Notes: generated by a model not told the origin, from the letters alone. Shown: positions 48,625-59,174, numbered from the stretch's first letter. The stretch: DNA of 64,000 bases from Polyangiales bacterium (GCA_044229975.1 JBGARZ010000022.1:64001-128000); one strand, 5' to 3'. Program-made: numbers and translations.

Positions 48625-49260
48625 ATGATGACCGCCGGGCTCTACGCCATCGTCGACGTCGACTCGCTCCGCCGCGCAAACAGAGACCCGGTGGACTTCG
48701 CGTGCCGCGTGCTCGCCGCCGGCTCTCTCGCTGCCATCCAGCTACGCGCGAAGTCTGTCGGTGCGCGTGAACTCCTCGCGCTCGCGGCGGCGCTGCGGCC
48801 GTGGTGCACCGCGGCGGGCGTTCCGTTCTTCGTCAACGACCGGCCCGACGTGGCGTGGCTCGCGTACGCCGACGGCGTTCACCTCGGTCAGGACGACCTG
48901 ACCATCGAGCTCGCGCATCGGGTCGCGCCCAACCTCCAGGTGGGCCTGTCCAGTCACACGCCCGTGGAGTTCGAGGCCGCGCTCGCGACCGACGCCGACT
49001 ACGTCGCGGTGGGGCCGGTGTTCGCGACGTCCACCAAGACCGACGCCGCGCCGGCGGTGGGCACCGCGACGTTGCGCTCGCTCACAGCCCTCGCCGCTGG
49101 CAGGCCGGTGGTGGCCATCGGCGGCATCACGCTCGCCAATGCGCCGGAAATCCGCGCCGCGGGCGCTCGCGCGGGTGCCGTCATCGGCGCGTTGCTGGTA
49201 GACGATGTCGACGTGACCGCAAACGCGCGCGCCCTCCACCGGGCACTGGGTGGCAACTGA
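48625..49260 (+). CDS. thiE: Thiamine-phosphate synthase
   Basis: QLRAK, VNDRPD, DGVHLGQDD, GPVFATSTK, VAIGGI. Confidence 0.93.
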   Translation: MMTAGLYAIVDVDSLRRANRDPVDFACRVLAAGSLAAIQLRAKSVGARELLALAAALRPWCTAAGVPFFVNDRPDVAWLAYADGVHLGQDDLTIELAHRVAPNLQVGLSSHTPVEFEAALATDADYVAVGPVFATSTKTDAAPAVGTATLRSLTALAAGRPVVAIGGITLANAPEIRAAGARAGAVIGALLVDDVDVTANARALHRALGGN

Positions 49261-49261
49261 C

Positions 49262-49888
49262 ATGGTCGATCCGATCTCCCTGGGACTCCTGATGGCCATC
49301 GGCGCGGGCGGCGCGGCAGCGGTTACCCGCTGGCGGCGACGGCGCGAGGGCGCGTCGATGCAGGCGAAGCTGACCAGGGAGGCGAAGCCCGCGAAGGCCG
49401 TGGCGAAGCCCGCGCCGGTCGACGAGGGGCCGCGGGTGTCGCGCGAGGCCGGGGCGTACCGCGTGGGCGAGGTGCTGCTGTTTCTCGGCGAGGAGTACTG
49501 GCTGTCGGGCGAGCTCGCGCTGGTGCGAGAGGGCACGCCCGCGCTCACGCTTTTCGTCGCCCCGGAGAAGGGGAAGGACCGCTGGCTCGCCTCGCCGCGG
49601 CAGGGCGAGGTGCTCTACGCGCTGGAGGTCGACGAGGCGCTGGGGCGCATGGGGTGGCCGGGGACGGAGGTTCCGCACGCGGGCGGGACGATGCGGCGGG
49701 TGGAGCAGGGCGACTGCACCATCGTCGCGAGCGGCGAGACACCGGATGGTTGGTCGGGCAGCGGGCGGTACGCGGTGTTTCGCGCGATGGAGACCGTGGC
49801 CGTCGTCGTCGAGCAGGGGAGCAACCGGCTGTCGCTGAAGGGCAAGACCGTCCCGCGGCGACTGGTCGAGCGGCTCAACGCAGGCTGA
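49262..49888 (+). CDS. Membrane-anchored hypothetical protein (DUF4178-like)
   Basis: N-terminal TM followed by a beta-rich domain; immediately follows thiE. Confidence 0.6.
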   Translation: MVDPISLGLLMAIGAGGAAAVTRWRRRREGASMQAKLTREAKPAKAVAKPAPVDEGPRVSREAGAYRVGEVLLFLGEEYWLSGELALVREGTPALTLFVAPEKGKDRWLASPRQGEVLYALEVDEALGRMGWPGTEVPHAGGTMRRVEQGDCTIVASGETPDGWSGSGRYAVFRAMETVAVVVEQGSNRLSLKGKTVPRRLVERLNAG

Positions 49889-50762
49889 AGCCGTCGGGCA
49901 GCGGGGCCGTCGCGGCGCCGACCTGCAACGCATCGAACCACCGCGCGAAGCGATCGTCGTCCACCGAGAGGCGCTGGAGCCACTGGCGGAAGTAGCGGTG
50001 CAGCGCGTCGGCGCGCGGGTGCGTGTCGCGGTGATGCAGCAGGAAGTCCTTGTAGTTCTGCACCTTGTCGGCGCGGAGCATGTCGCCCACCTCGGCGAGC
50101 GGTGACATCGCGATGTCGTCGATGGAGTCCACCACGCGGCGCGAGAGGTGGGCGTTGGCGATGTGGCGGTACTCCATCGCGAGCACCAGCACGGCGGGGT
50201 CGTCGGAGAGCGCGGCGAGGTCGGCGTAGCTGCCGGGCAGGTCGTCGTCGAGTTGCAACAGCGGGTGCAGACACCACGCGCGCTTCGCCCGGTCGGTGGC
50301 GCCGAGGTCGCGCAGCACGGCGAGGCCCTCGTCGATGTGGTTCATGTAGAGGACGCCGCTGCGGGCGGCGCGGCGGCCACCGAAGTGGCGCTCGATGGCG
50401 CGGTACTCCCGTGTCTGCGTGAACTCTCCCGCGAGCACATAGGTGACGCCGCGGCGTTGGAAGAAGCGTTCGAGGTCGCAGTCGGGCCCGGTCACGAAGG
50501 GGAGCCCGGCGGCAGCAACGTGGCGCGAGAGGTGACCGCTCCCGCGGTGCGACGCCAGCACATACACCGATTGGTGACGGACCCCATCGGGGCTCACGCA
50601 GACGGTGCGCGCGCCCCAGGTCGCGCCGTCGGCGACGAGGGCTTCGGTGAGGCCCTCCCAGCGCCAGGCGTCCATGAGGCCCTGCACGGCGCGGTGCTCG
50701 AAGTAGGTCGCCGCGTCCGCGAGGGTGTCAGCGTCGGGGTCGAAGCGCGGTGGGTCGCTCAT
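49875..50762 (-). CDS. Hypothetical protein: GNAT-like N-terminus plus HD-like C-terminal domain
   Basis: SVYVLASHRGSG; RSGVLYMNH, LHP and ADKVQN motifs. Confidence 0.6.
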   Translation of the reverse strand: MSDPPRFDPDADTLADAATYFEHRAVQGLMDAWRWEGLTEALVADGATWGARTVCVSPDGVRHQSVYVLASHRGSGHLSRHVAAAGLPFVTGPDCDLERFFQRRGVTYVLAGEFTQTREYRAIERHFGGRRAARSGVLYMNHIDEGLAVLRDLGATDRAKRAWCLHPLLQLDDDLPGSYADLAALSDDPAVLVLAMEYRHIANAHLSRRVVDSIDDIAMSPLAEVGDMLRADKVQNYKDFLLHHRDTHPRADALHRYFRQWLQRLSVDDDRFARWFDALQVGAATAPLPDGFSLR

Positions 50763-50833
50763 CGCGTCGGAGTCTACCAGCGGCCCTCACACGCCGGTCG
50801 CGTCGCTCTGCCCCGTGGTGCTACACCGGCCCG

Positions 50834-53590
50834 GTGACCGATCGCGCCCGCGTCGCGCTCCGACTCGTCCTTTCGCTCGTCGCTGCCGCTGCGCTCGCGC
50901 TGCTCCTCCGCCCGCTGCTCTCGCACGGGCCCGTCACCCTCCACCTCACGGGCCTCCCCTTCGCGCACCGCCTGCCCGATGAGCTCCGTCAGCCCATCGA
51001 TCTGCTGCGTCCGCAGTTTCTCTACGGTCTCGCGCTGCTCCCGTGGTTCGTCCTCTTCGCGCTCTCGTCGCTCGCTGACCTCTCGGCCCTCCAGCGCTTC
51101 ATCTCGACCGTCGCGCGCACCGGTCTCCTCGCGCTCATCCTGCTCGCGCTCGCGCACCCGACCTCCACCCGGCGCTCGGCCCGCGTGTGCACCGTCTTCC
51201 TCGTCGACGTGTCCGAGAGCGTCCCCGACGCGGCCATCACGGGCTTCCACCACACCGTCGAGGAGGCGCTGCGTCAGCCCGGCGATCACCTCTCGCGGGT
51301 CGTTCTCTTCGCGCGTCGACCCGTGGTGCTCGACCTCCCAGCGCACGTCGATGCCGCTCACCCGCTGCCGCCCTTCGACCCGTCGCGCGTCGGCTCTCGC
51401 ACCGGAACCGACCTCGCCTCAGCCCTCTCCCTCGCCTACGGGCTCTTCCCCGCCGACGCGCTGCGCCGCGTGGTTGTTCTCTCTGATGGCGTGCAGACCG
51501 ACGGCGATGCGCTCGCCGAAGCCCACCGCGCGACGCGCTTCGGGGTGCGTGTGTCGGTCGTTCCGTCGAGGGCCCCAGCGCCCGCCGAGGTCGCCGTTCG
51601 CGAGGTGCGGCTGCCCGATCGCATCCGCGTCGACGAGCCCTTCGAGGCGCGGGTGTCGGTGTTCTCCACGACCGCGGGTAGAGCGACCATCACGCTCTAC
51701 CAGGGCGAGACCATCAACGGCCTCGATGGCGCGCGCACCGTCGACCTCGTCCCCGGCGTGCAGGAGCTGCGCTTTCGCTCGGTGGTGCGCGTTCCCGGTG
51801 ACGTGACCTACGTCGCGCGCATCGCCGCGCAGGGGGGTGATCGCTTCGCCGAGAACAACCGCTTCGCGACGGCGGCGACCGTGCCGGGCCGACCGGCGGT
51901 GCTCTACGTTGAGGGCGACACGGCGAGGGCGCAGTGGTTCCGCGGTGCGCTCGCCAACGGGGAGTTCGAGGTCGAGCTGCGCGGGGCCAACGGGGTTCCG
52001 CAGTCGACGCGCGAGCTGGAGCGATTCGACTTCGTGGTGGTGAGCGACGTGGCGGCGGAGTCGGTCCCCGCGTCGGCGCAGGACGCGCTCACGCGGTACG
52101 TGCGCGAGATGGGCGGCGGCTTCCTGATGGCGGGCGGCGACCGCGGCTTCGGGCTCGGCGGCTGGCAAGGCACCGCCCTCGAACGCCTGCTCCCCGTGCG
52201 CGCGGAGTCCGACCGTCGCCGCGATCAGCCGTCGCTCGCGCTCGCGCTGGTCATCGATCGCTCCGGCTCGATGCAGGGCAACCCGTTGGTGCTGGCGCAG
52301 TCGGCGGCCGTGGCGACGGCGCGCGCGATGGCAGCCGATGATCTGCTGGAGGTCATCGCCTTCGACTCCGAGCCCGACCGGGTGGTTCGCATGCAGGCCG
52401 CTCGCAACCGCGCGCGCATCGAGAACGAGCTCCGTCGCCTGCGCCCCGGCGGCGGCACGGCCATCTTCCCGGCCATGGACGCCGCGCAGCAGGACCTCGC
52501 GCTGACCCGCGCCATCACCCGCCACGTCATCCTGCTCACCGACGGGCAGGGGCAACCCGACGAACCGTCGCGCTTGCGGGTGCTGGTGGACTCCATGGCC
52601 GCCGATGGGCTCACGGTGAGCACCGTGGGGCTCGGGCCCACCGTCGATCGCGAGCTGCTGGAGTCGCTCGCGCACCACGGTCGCGGGCGCAGCTACTTCA
52701 CGGCCGACGCCAACAACCTGCCGCAGATCTTCCTGCGCGAGACCAACGAGGTGTCGCGCAACGCCGCGGTGGAAGACCCGGTGCAGCCGCGCGTGGTGGG
52801 GAGCGCGGGCTTCCTGCGCGAGCTCCAGGGAGCGCCGCCGTTTCTGTATGGGTACGTGAGCACGCGCGCGAAGCCGGCGCCCGCGCAGGTGTTGATGGAG
52901 ACCGACTCGGGCGAGCCGCTGCTGGCGCGCTGGCGCGTGGGCCTCGGCTGGAGCCTCGCGTGGACCAGTGACCTGAAGAACCGCTGGGCCGTCGAGTGGA
53001 TCCGCTGGCCGCGGTGGCAGGCGTTCTGGACGCAGCTCGTGCGAGAGCACATGCGAACGCGCCGGCGTGAAGAGCTGGGGATGCGCGCCGAGGTGGTCGA
53101 CGGCGAGGTGCGGGCGAGCGTGGACGCCATCCGCGACGACGACCGCTTCGAGAACGGGCTCACCTCCGAGATGGTGCTGCGCGGCCCGTGGCCCGACACG
53201 ACGGAGCAGCGGGTCGCGATGCGACAGGTGGGGCCGGGGCGCTACGAGGCCGCGCTGCCGCTGGAGCGGTACGGGGCGTTTTCGCTACGCGCGGTGCACC
53301 GGCGCGACGGTCAGGTGGTGGCCGAGAGCCGGGGGAGGGTGGATCACCCGTACCCGCGCGAGTACGCGACGCTGGAGCCGGACGTGGGGTTGCTGAACGC
53401 GCTCGCGGCGGCAACGGGCGGGGCGGTGGATCCGTCGGCGCGGGCGATGTTCGACGCGCGGGGTGAGTCGCTGCGGCATCGGGCACCGGTGTGGAAGTAC
53501 CCGGTGATGCTCGCGGTGGTGATGATGCTCATCGACCTCCTGCTGCGGCGTGTGCGGGTGTTCGATCGGGGGTTTCGCGCGCGGCGGTAG
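50834..53590 (+). CDS. Membrane protein with two VWA domains and a glutamine-amidotransferase-like domain
   Basis: LVDVSES and VIDRSGSM MIDAS motifs, LLTDG, GGGFLMAGG, PLLARWRVGLG. Confidence 0.88.
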   Translation: MTDRARVALRLVLSLVAAAALALLLRPLLSHGPVTLHLTGLPFAHRLPDELRQPIDLLRPQFLYGLALLPWFVLFALSSLADLSALQRFISTVARTGLLALILLALAHPTSTRRSARVCTVFLVDVSESVPDAAITGFHHTVEEALRQPGDHLSRVVLFARRPVVLDLPAHVDAAHPLPPFDPSRVGSRTGTDLASALSLAYGLFPADALRRVVVLSDGVQTDGDALAEAHRATRFGVRVSVVPSRAPAPAEVAVREVRLPDRIRVDEPFEARVSVFSTTAGRATITLYQGETINGLDGARTVDLVPGVQELRFRSVVRVPGDVTYVARIAAQGGDRFAENNRFATAATVPGRPAVLYVEGDTARAQWFRGALANGEFEVELRGANGVPQSTRELERFDFVVVSDVAAESVPASAQDALTRYVREMGGGFLMAGGDRGFGLGGWQGTALERLLPVRAESDRRRDQPSLALALVIDRSGSMQGNPLVLAQSAAVATARAMAADDLLEVIAFDSEPDRVVRMQAARNRARIENELRRLRPGGGTAIFPAMDAAQQDLALTRAITRHVILLTDGQGQPDEPSRLRVLVDSMAADGLTVSTVGLGPTVDRELLESLAHHGRGRSYFTADANNLPQIFLRETNEVSRNAAVEDPVQPRVVGSAGFLRELQGAPPFLYGYVSTRAKPAPAQVLMETDSGEPLLARWRVGLGWSLAWTSDLKNRWAVEWIRWPRWQAFWTQLVREHMRTRRREELGMRAEVVDGEVRASVDAIRDDDRFENGLTSEMVLRGPWPDTTEQRVAMRQVGPGRYEAALPLERYGAFSLRAVHRRDGQVVAESRGRVDHPYPREYATLEPDVGLLNALAAATGGAVDPSARAMFDARGESLRHRAPVWKYPVMLAVVMMLIDLLLRRVRVFDRGFRARR

Positions 53591-53613
53591 AGAGCGCACG
53601 GCGGAAGGGGCCG

Positions 53614-53767
53614 CCAGGGCGCAGGGGTCGCAAGGAGAAGAGGTCTGGGGGTGGCGTTGGTGGTCGGGGCGTTCAGCGTGCGCCACGCGACGTCAGAACT
53701 CCCTCGCGCGACATCACGCCGTCATGTGATGTGAGAGGTCTTCTTCCCTGCGACCCCTGCGCCCTGG
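53614..53767. repeat. MITE/REP-like element with 19-bp perfect terminal inverted repeats
   Basis: CCAGGGCGCAGGGGTCGCA (53614-53632) and TGCGACCCCTGCGCCCTGG (53749-53767). Confidence 0.75.
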
Positions 53768-53807
53768 AGAGCCCTTGGCTGTCGTAGACCACGAAGCGTG
53801 AACTCGC

Positions 53808-54920
53808 TCAGTCGAGGCAGCACAGCACGCCACCCGCGGCCGAGCCCGGCTTCACGACGAGGTCGCTCTCACGCAGCCCGGCGGGGTCGCCGTCGCAGCG
53901 CCACGGTGGCCGAAGCGCGGAGCAGAGGTTCTGGCTGAAGCGGTCGAGCGGGCCGCACGACGAGGCTTGCGGGACATCGCCGAGCGTTCCGCAGCCGAAG
54001 ATGTCGTTGCTGGTGCGGTCGGTCTGCGCGCAGCCGGGGCGGCAGTCGTTGCTGCCACAGGTGGTGTCGCTCCCACTGGCGCAGTGGCCGCAACCGGGGC
54101 CCGTCTGGCGCGTCGCGTAGAACGTGTTGGCCTCCGCGTCGCGCGCGCCACCACACCCGTCGGGCGAGTGAACAGAGACGTCCAGCGTTCCGCGGCACAC
54201 GTGCCAGCCGGGCGCGCAGAGGTCGGTGGCGCTGCACCCGCGGCCGGTTGGGTTGGGGCCGTCGTCTCCCGCGCCGCGCGCGCAGGTGGGCGACGATTCG
54301 CGGGAGAGCCCGGCGTTGGTGAAGCCGCCCGCGCAGCCCGCGATGACGGGGTGGCTCACGCGGTCGAGGAAGGCGTCGCGCTGGCCGTCGGCGCACCCGC
54401 CGCAGTCGGTCGCGGGGAAGACGCAGCCGCGCGCGGGCTCGCAGCGGTTGGCGGTGCAGGGGTCGCGGTCGTCGCAGACGATGGCGTCGTGGAGGCAGCC
54501 GCGCGCGGGCTCGCAGCGGTCGGTGGTGCAGAGGCTGCGATCGTCGCAGTCGGTGACGGTGGTGAAGCAGCCGCGGTCGGGCGAGCAGCGGTCGTCGGTG
54601 CAGGCGTTGCCGTCGTTGCAGGTGACGGTGCCGTGGGCGCAGCGGCCGTCGGGCAGACACTGGTCGGTGGTGCAGAGGTCGCGGTCGTCGCAACGCGACG
54701 GGTCGACGAGGCAGCCGGGGTCGAACGAGTCGGGTGGGGAGAGGTCGATGGGAGGCATGGGGACGTCGAGGACGGTCGGGACGTCGAGGACGGTCGGGAC
54801 GTCAAGGATGGTCGGGACGTCGGGGATGGTCGGGACGTCGGGGTCGACGCGCAGGGCCGTGCGGGCGCCGCAGGCCGACAGGGTGAGCGCCAGCGCGAAG
54901 TAGTGGAGAGGACGGTTCAC
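53808..54920 (-). CDS. Cys-rich lipoprotein with CDD...CT.D.C (Dictyostelium-type) repeats
   Basis: Lipobox LSAC; four CDD.d.CT.D.C...GC repeats; C-terminal GGVLCC. Confidence 0.82.
   Translation of the reverse strand: MNRPLHYFALALTLSACGARTALRVDPDVPTIPDVPTILDVPTVLDVPTVLDVPMPPIDLSPPDSFDPGCLVDPSRCDDRDLCTTDQCLPDGRCAHGTVTCNDGNACTDDRCSPDRGCFTTVTDCDDRSLCTTDRCEPARGCLHDAIVCDDRDPCTANRCEPARGCVFPATDCGGCADGQRDAFLDRVSHPVIAGCAGGFTNAGLSRESSPTCARGAGDDGPNPTGRGCSATDLCAPGWHVCRGTLDVSVHSPDGCGGARDAEANTFYATRQTGPGCGHCASGSDTTCGSNDCRPGCAQTDRTSNDIFGCGTLGDVPQASSCGPLDRFSQNLCSALRPPWRCDGDPAGLRESDLVVKPGSAAGGVLCCLD
54760..54843 (-). repeat. Coding 18-bp tandem repeat (DVPT[IV][PL])
   Basis: GGGACGTCGAGGACGGTC-like unit, 4 copies plus a partial copy. 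Confidence 0.85.
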
Positions 54921-56566
54921 GGCGCGGCGCTGACGCGCTGCTCGGCGAGCTCGTTGAGGTAGCACTCGAGGTCGGTGTAGCCCGCGACGCAGCCTGCGAC
55001 GCCGTTGTCGGGGCGCGCCGCGAGGATGCCCAAGCCCGCGCCGGGGCACGCGGGGTCGAGGCCGTGGGCGGTCTCCCACTCGTCGGGCATGCCGTCGTTG
55101 TCGCGGTCGACCGGAGGCGTCGGAGCGGTGGTGAACGAGAGACGCAATCCGTCGCCGCGGTCGACGCCGCTGCCGCCCGACCACGAGGCGGGGCGCGCCT
55201 CGACGGAGCCCGAGAGGTAGCCAGCGAGGCGGGTGTCCATCGGGTCGCGCGGGAAGGCGCCCGTGGTGCGCTGGAGCAGCGCCTGGAGCTCGCCCACCGG
55301 GGTCACGGTGATGGGCGGCTGACCGAGGCGCGCAGGGCGCGAGGCGAGCGAGAGCGTCGCGTTGGTGCTGCGGGTGCCGACGAACATGCGGTTGTCCGTC
55401 CAGTACGCCGCGTTGGAGCTGTTGCGGTTGAGCTCGTTGGCGAACATCGGCAGGTCGCCGATGGACGCGCGGCGGTGGAGGATGTTGCCGACGAAGTTGA
55501 GGTCGAGGAGGAAGTTGCGCGCCGAGGCCGAGCAGTCGTTGCCCTCGTTGGTCCCGGTGCAGCGGTTGTAATAGACCGGGTCGCTCGCATCGAAGAAGAC
55601 GTTGTTGCTCACCTCGATGGAGAGCCGCCGGCCCGAGCAGTTGGAGGTGCCGGGGCCGTCGCCGTTCTCCTCGCAGGTGATCTCCGGGAGGCGGCCGGCG
55701 ACGCCGTTCCAGACGTTGTGGTGGATGGAGAGGTTGGCGAGGGGGAAGCGGTCCTTGGAGTAGTTGATGAGCAGTCCGCCGTAGCGGTAGTGGTCGCCGA
55801 TGGGCTCGGCGATCACCGAGCGCTGCACGGTGATGTTCTGCGAGCGCGAGACCTCCAGGTTCTCGTCGCGGGCGCCCGCGAAGGAGACGTGGTCGATGAT
55901 CACGCGGTTGGCGCCCGACAGGCGCACGTTGTCGTCGCCGCTGTTGCGGAAGCGCATGTGCCGGATGACGACGTTGTTGCAGTCGTTGGGGTCGTAGACG
56001 TTCTCGCAGTACATCCCGCCGCGCACGAGGATGCCACCCGGCGAGGTCTGCCCCGCGATGGTGAGGTTGCCGCGGGTGATGGTGAGCGGGCCGGTGATGA
56101 TCCCGCTCACGCGAAACACCACGGTGCGCGTCCCGGTCGCCTGGAGGCACGCTTGCAGCGTCCCGTTGCCCGCGCCGTTGAGGGAGGTCACCAGGCAGAC
56201 GCGACCGCCGCGGCCGCCCGTCGCCGCCGCGCCGTAGCCCTCGGCGCCCGGAAACGCCGGCACCTCCTGCGCCGCCGCCGCCGGACCCGTCGCGCACCCG
56301 GTCGGCACCACGACGTCCTCGGTCGGCACCTCCGGAACGTCCTCCTCCGGCTCGACCCCGACATCGGGGAGGGGTTGGTTGCCGAGGTCCGCGGGTGGTC
56401 GTCCGTTGTCGATCGGCGGTCGCCCGTTGTCGGTGGGCGTTCGTCCGAGGTCGGTGGGCACCCGCCCGCCGTCGAGCGCGTCGACGCCGCCGAGGACCCC
56501 TTCGCATCCAAGCGTGACGAGGGCGAGGAGGGGAATGACGCGGTGAGTCGCTGCGAGACGTTGCAC
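54917..56566 (-). CDS. Pectate lyase-like lipoprotein
   Basis: AFPGAEGYG..ATGGRGG, TIAGQTSPG, IIDHVS, DRDNDGMPDEWE; lipobox TLGC. Confidence 0.88.
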   Translation of the reverse strand: MQRLAATHRVIPLLALVTLGCEGVLGGVDALDGGRVPTDLGRTPTDNGRPPIDNGRPPADLGNQPLPDVGVEPEEDVPEVPTEDVVVPTGCATGPAAAAQEVPAFPGAEGYGAAATGGRGGRVCLVTSLNGAGNGTLQACLQATGTRTVVFRVSGIITGPLTITRGNLTIAGQTSPGGILVRGGMYCENVYDPNDCNNVVIRHMRFRNSGDDNVRLSGANRVIIDHVSFAGARDENLEVSRSQNITVQRSVIAEPIGDHYRYGGLLINYSKDRFPLANLSIHHNVWNGVAGRLPEITCEENGDGPGTSNCSGRRLSIEVSNNVFFDASDPVYYNRCTGTNEGNDCSASARNFLLDLNFVGNILHRRASIGDLPMFANELNRNSSNAAYWTDNRMFVGTRSTNATLSLASRPARLGQPPITVTPVGELQALLQRTTGAFPRDPMDTRLAGYLSGSVEARPASWSGGSGVDRGDGLRLSFTTAPTPPVDRDNDGMPDEWETAHGLDPACPGAGLGILAARPDNGVAGCVAGYTDLECYLNELAEQRVSAAP

Positions 56567-56595
56567 GGCGGCGGAGCCTACCACCCGTCGCGGGA

Positions 56596-58062
56596 TCAAG
56601 GCTCGACGGCGTCTTCCCAACGATGATGGACGATGCGTCGGGTGGCCGCGGCGTCGGCCAGGTGGTGGTCGACGGCGACGGAGTGGTCCGGGTCGGGGCA
56701 GCGCTCGCGCAGGGTGACGAGCTCCTCGGCGGCCGTCGGGTGGATGCCGATGGTGGCGTCGAGCTGTGCCTTGGTGGCGCCGAGGCGCAGGGCGACGGCG
56801 AAGCCCTGGACGATCTCGCCCGCGTCGGCGCCGAGCACGTGGACGCCGAGGACGCGGTCGGAGTCGCGCTCGACCACGAGCTTCATCATGGTCTTCTCGG
56901 CGCGGCCGGTGAGGGTGTGCTTGAGCGGGGTGAAGGTCGATCGGTAGATGTCGATGGCGCAGCCCCGGGCGCGGGCTTCGTCCTCGGAGAGGCCGACGGT
57001 TCCGATGGGCGGCGACGAGAACACCGCCGACGGGATGAGGTCGTAGTCGGGTCGTCGCGCGGCGCCGCCGAAGAGGTTCTGCGCGACGATCATCCCTTCG
57101 GAGAGCGCGACGGGCGTGAGCTGCACCCGATCGATGACGTCACCCACCGCGTAGACCGACGGCGCCGACGTCCGGAAGCGCTCGTCGACGCGCACCGCAC
57201 CGCGCTCGTCGACCTGCACTCCCGCGGCGTCGAGCCCGAGGCCCGCGGTGTACGGCTGGCGTCCGACGGCGACGAGCACCGCGTCGACGACGAGGGTATC
57301 GCCGGTGGTGAGCGTCGCATCGAGCGCGCCGTCCGATCGCTTCACGAGCGAGACCACCTCGGCGCGGTGCCGGAGGTCGATGCCCTGGGCCTTCATCTCG
57401 CTCGCGAGGTGGGTGCGAACGTCGCGGTCGAAGCCGCGCAGGAAGAGCGCGCCGCGGGTCGCGAGGGTGACGTGCGCGCCGTAGCCGTGGAAGATGCCGG
57501 CCATCTCGACGGCGATGTATCCGCCGCCGACGATGAGCAGCCGATCGGGCCGCGCGGGGAGGCGGAAGACGTCGTCGGAGATCATCGCGAGCTCGGCGCC
57601 CGCGAAGGTCGGACGCACCGGCAGACCCCCGGTGGCCACCAGAACGTACCGTGCCGTATGGCGGGTGACGGTCCCGTCGGCGGCGGTGAGGGCGACGGTG
57701 TGGGGGCCTTCGAGGACGGCGCGGCCGAGCATCACGTGGACGCCGCGCGAGGTGAGCAGGCGCTGGTAGACGCCGTTGAGGCGGACGATCTCCTTGTCCT
57801 TGTTGGCGATGAAGCGGGCCCAGTCGAGGGTGGGCTCGCCGACGTCCCAGCCGTAGGCGCGCGCGTCGTCGATGTCGGCGCGGAGGTGGGCGCCGTACGA
57901 GAGGAGCTTCTTGGGGATGCAGCCGACGTTGACGCAGGTTCCGCCGAGGTGGCGCTCTTCGGCGACGGCGACGCGGGCTCCGAGAGCGGCCGCGATGCGC
58001 GACGCGCGAACGCCGCCCGAACCGGCGCCGATGACGAAGAGGTCGAAGTCGTAGGTGCTCAT
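56596..58062 (-). CDS. gor: Glutathione-disulfide reductase
   Basis: IGAGSGG, GGTCVNVGCIPKK, GGGYIAVE, LTPVA, GIHPTAAEE. Confidence 0.93.
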   Translation of the reverse strand: MSTYDFDLFVIGAGSGGVRASRIAAALGARVAVAEERHLGGTCVNVGCIPKKLLSYGAHLRADIDDARAYGWDVGEPTLDWARFIANKDKEIVRLNGVYQRLLTSRGVHVMLGRAVLEGPHTVALTAADGTVTRHTARYVLVATGGLPVRPTFAGAELAMISDDVFRLPARPDRLLIVGGGYIAVEMAGIFHGYGAHVTLATRGALFLRGFDRDVRTHLASEMKAQGIDLRHRAEVVSLVKRSDGALDATLTTGDTLVVDAVLVAVGRQPYTAGLGLDAAGVQVDERGAVRVDERFRTSAPSVYAVGDVIDRVQLTPVALSEGMIVAQNLFGGAARRPDYDLIPSAVFSSPPIGTVGLSEDEARARGCAIDIYRSTFTPLKHTLTGRAEKTMMKLVVERDSDRVLGVHVLGADAGEIVQGFAVALRLGATKAQLDATIGIHPTAAEELVTLRERCPDPDHSVAVDHHLADAAATRRIVHHRWEDAVEP

Positions 58063-58145
58063 GGCTGTTGGGGAGAGGCGTACCACGGCCCTTCCCGGTG
58101 ACGGCAGCGGGCCCTACCGTCGGGCGGTTCGAGCGGGAGACAGTC

Positions 58146-59174
58146 ATGAAGATCATCGTCGTTGGAGGGAGCGGGCACCTCGGGGCGCTCGCGGTGAAGG
58201 CGCTGCGGCGCGATGCGTCGATCACGGTGCTGACGGCCGGGCGTCGTGCGAGCGGTGAGGGCGCGGTGCGCATCGACCTCGCCGACCCTGCGACCTTCCC
58301 GGTGGTGGACGGCGCCGACGTGGTGGTCGACGTGGCGGACACCACGACCACGCGCCCCGACGCGCTGGCTGCCTATTGCCAGAAGCGGGGCGTGACCTTC
58401 CTCGAAGCGAGCTCCGACCGCGACGCGATGGCGCGCTTGCTGAAGCTCGACGCGGGCGGCGGTGACGGCGCGGTGGTGCTCGGCGCGGGCATCTTCACAG
58501 GGCTGTCGAACCTGCTCGCGGCCGCTGCCGCGGCGAAGGTGAAGGGCGCGCGGTCGGTGACGTGGGCGGTGCGAACGACGCCGTTCTCGGGTGCTGGTCG
58601 CGGCACCGTGGCGCTGATGGCGTCGGTGCTCGCGCTGCCGACGGTGCGCTACGAGGGCGGTCGTCGGGTGGAGGGTCCGCCGGTGCTGCCGGGGCCACGG
58701 ATGGCGTTTCCATCGGGGGAGGAGCCGACGATCGAGGTTCCGTTTGCGGAGTCGGAGATGTTGCACCGGAGCCTCGGGGTGGACGTGCGGGTGGCGATGT
58801 CGCCGTACCCCAACCTGTTGCAGCGGGTCTTTTTGTGGACGCCCGTGAGCGTGCTGCGGAGCCGCTGGTACGGGTGGCTGATGGGCAGGTACTTCAGCGT
58901 GCTGCGGCGGGTGTTGCTGGCGGGGAGGGCGACGCCGACGGAGATGGTGGTGCGCGTCGAGGGTGGGGGCGGCGAAGCAGCGACGATGACGCTGCGCGCG
59001 GACGACGGGATGCGCGCGGGCGGTGTGGCCATCGCGGCGATCGCGCGGGCGCTGGCGGCGAAGAGGCCGAGCGCCAGCGGGGCCGTCACCGTGGACCAGG
59101 TGATGACGCTGGAGGAGGCATTGTCGGGGATGGAGGCGCTGTCGGAGGGGCGTCGCGAGGTGGTGGTGGCGTGA
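58146..59174 (+). CDS. Saccharopine dehydrogenase-like NAD(P)-binding protein
   Basis: [11 protein letters not shown]ossmann motif, [13 protein letters not shown]. Confidence 0.7.
   Translation: MKIIVVGGSGHLGALAVKALRRDASITVLTAGRRASGEGAVRIDLADPATFPVVDGADVVVDVADTTTTRPDALAAYCQKRGVTFLEASSDRDAMARLLKLDAGGGDGAVVLGAGIFTGLSNLLAAAAAAKVKGARSVTWAVRTTPFSGAGRGTVALMASVLALPTVRYEGGRRVEGPPVLPGPRMAFPSGEEPTIEVPFAESEMLHRSLGVDVRVAMSPYPNLLQRVFLWTPVSVLRSRWYGWLMGRYFSVLRRVLLAGRATPTEMVVRVEGGGGEAATMTLRADDGMRAGGVAIAAIARALAAKRPSASGAVTVDQVMTLEEALSGMEALSEGRREVVVA

Noticed and set aside
48550..48627. TPP riboswitch upstream of thiE
   Set aside because: Gap is only about 75 nt with no CUGAGA motif; only TTGACA and a short GGCGATG/CATCGCC hairpin are present
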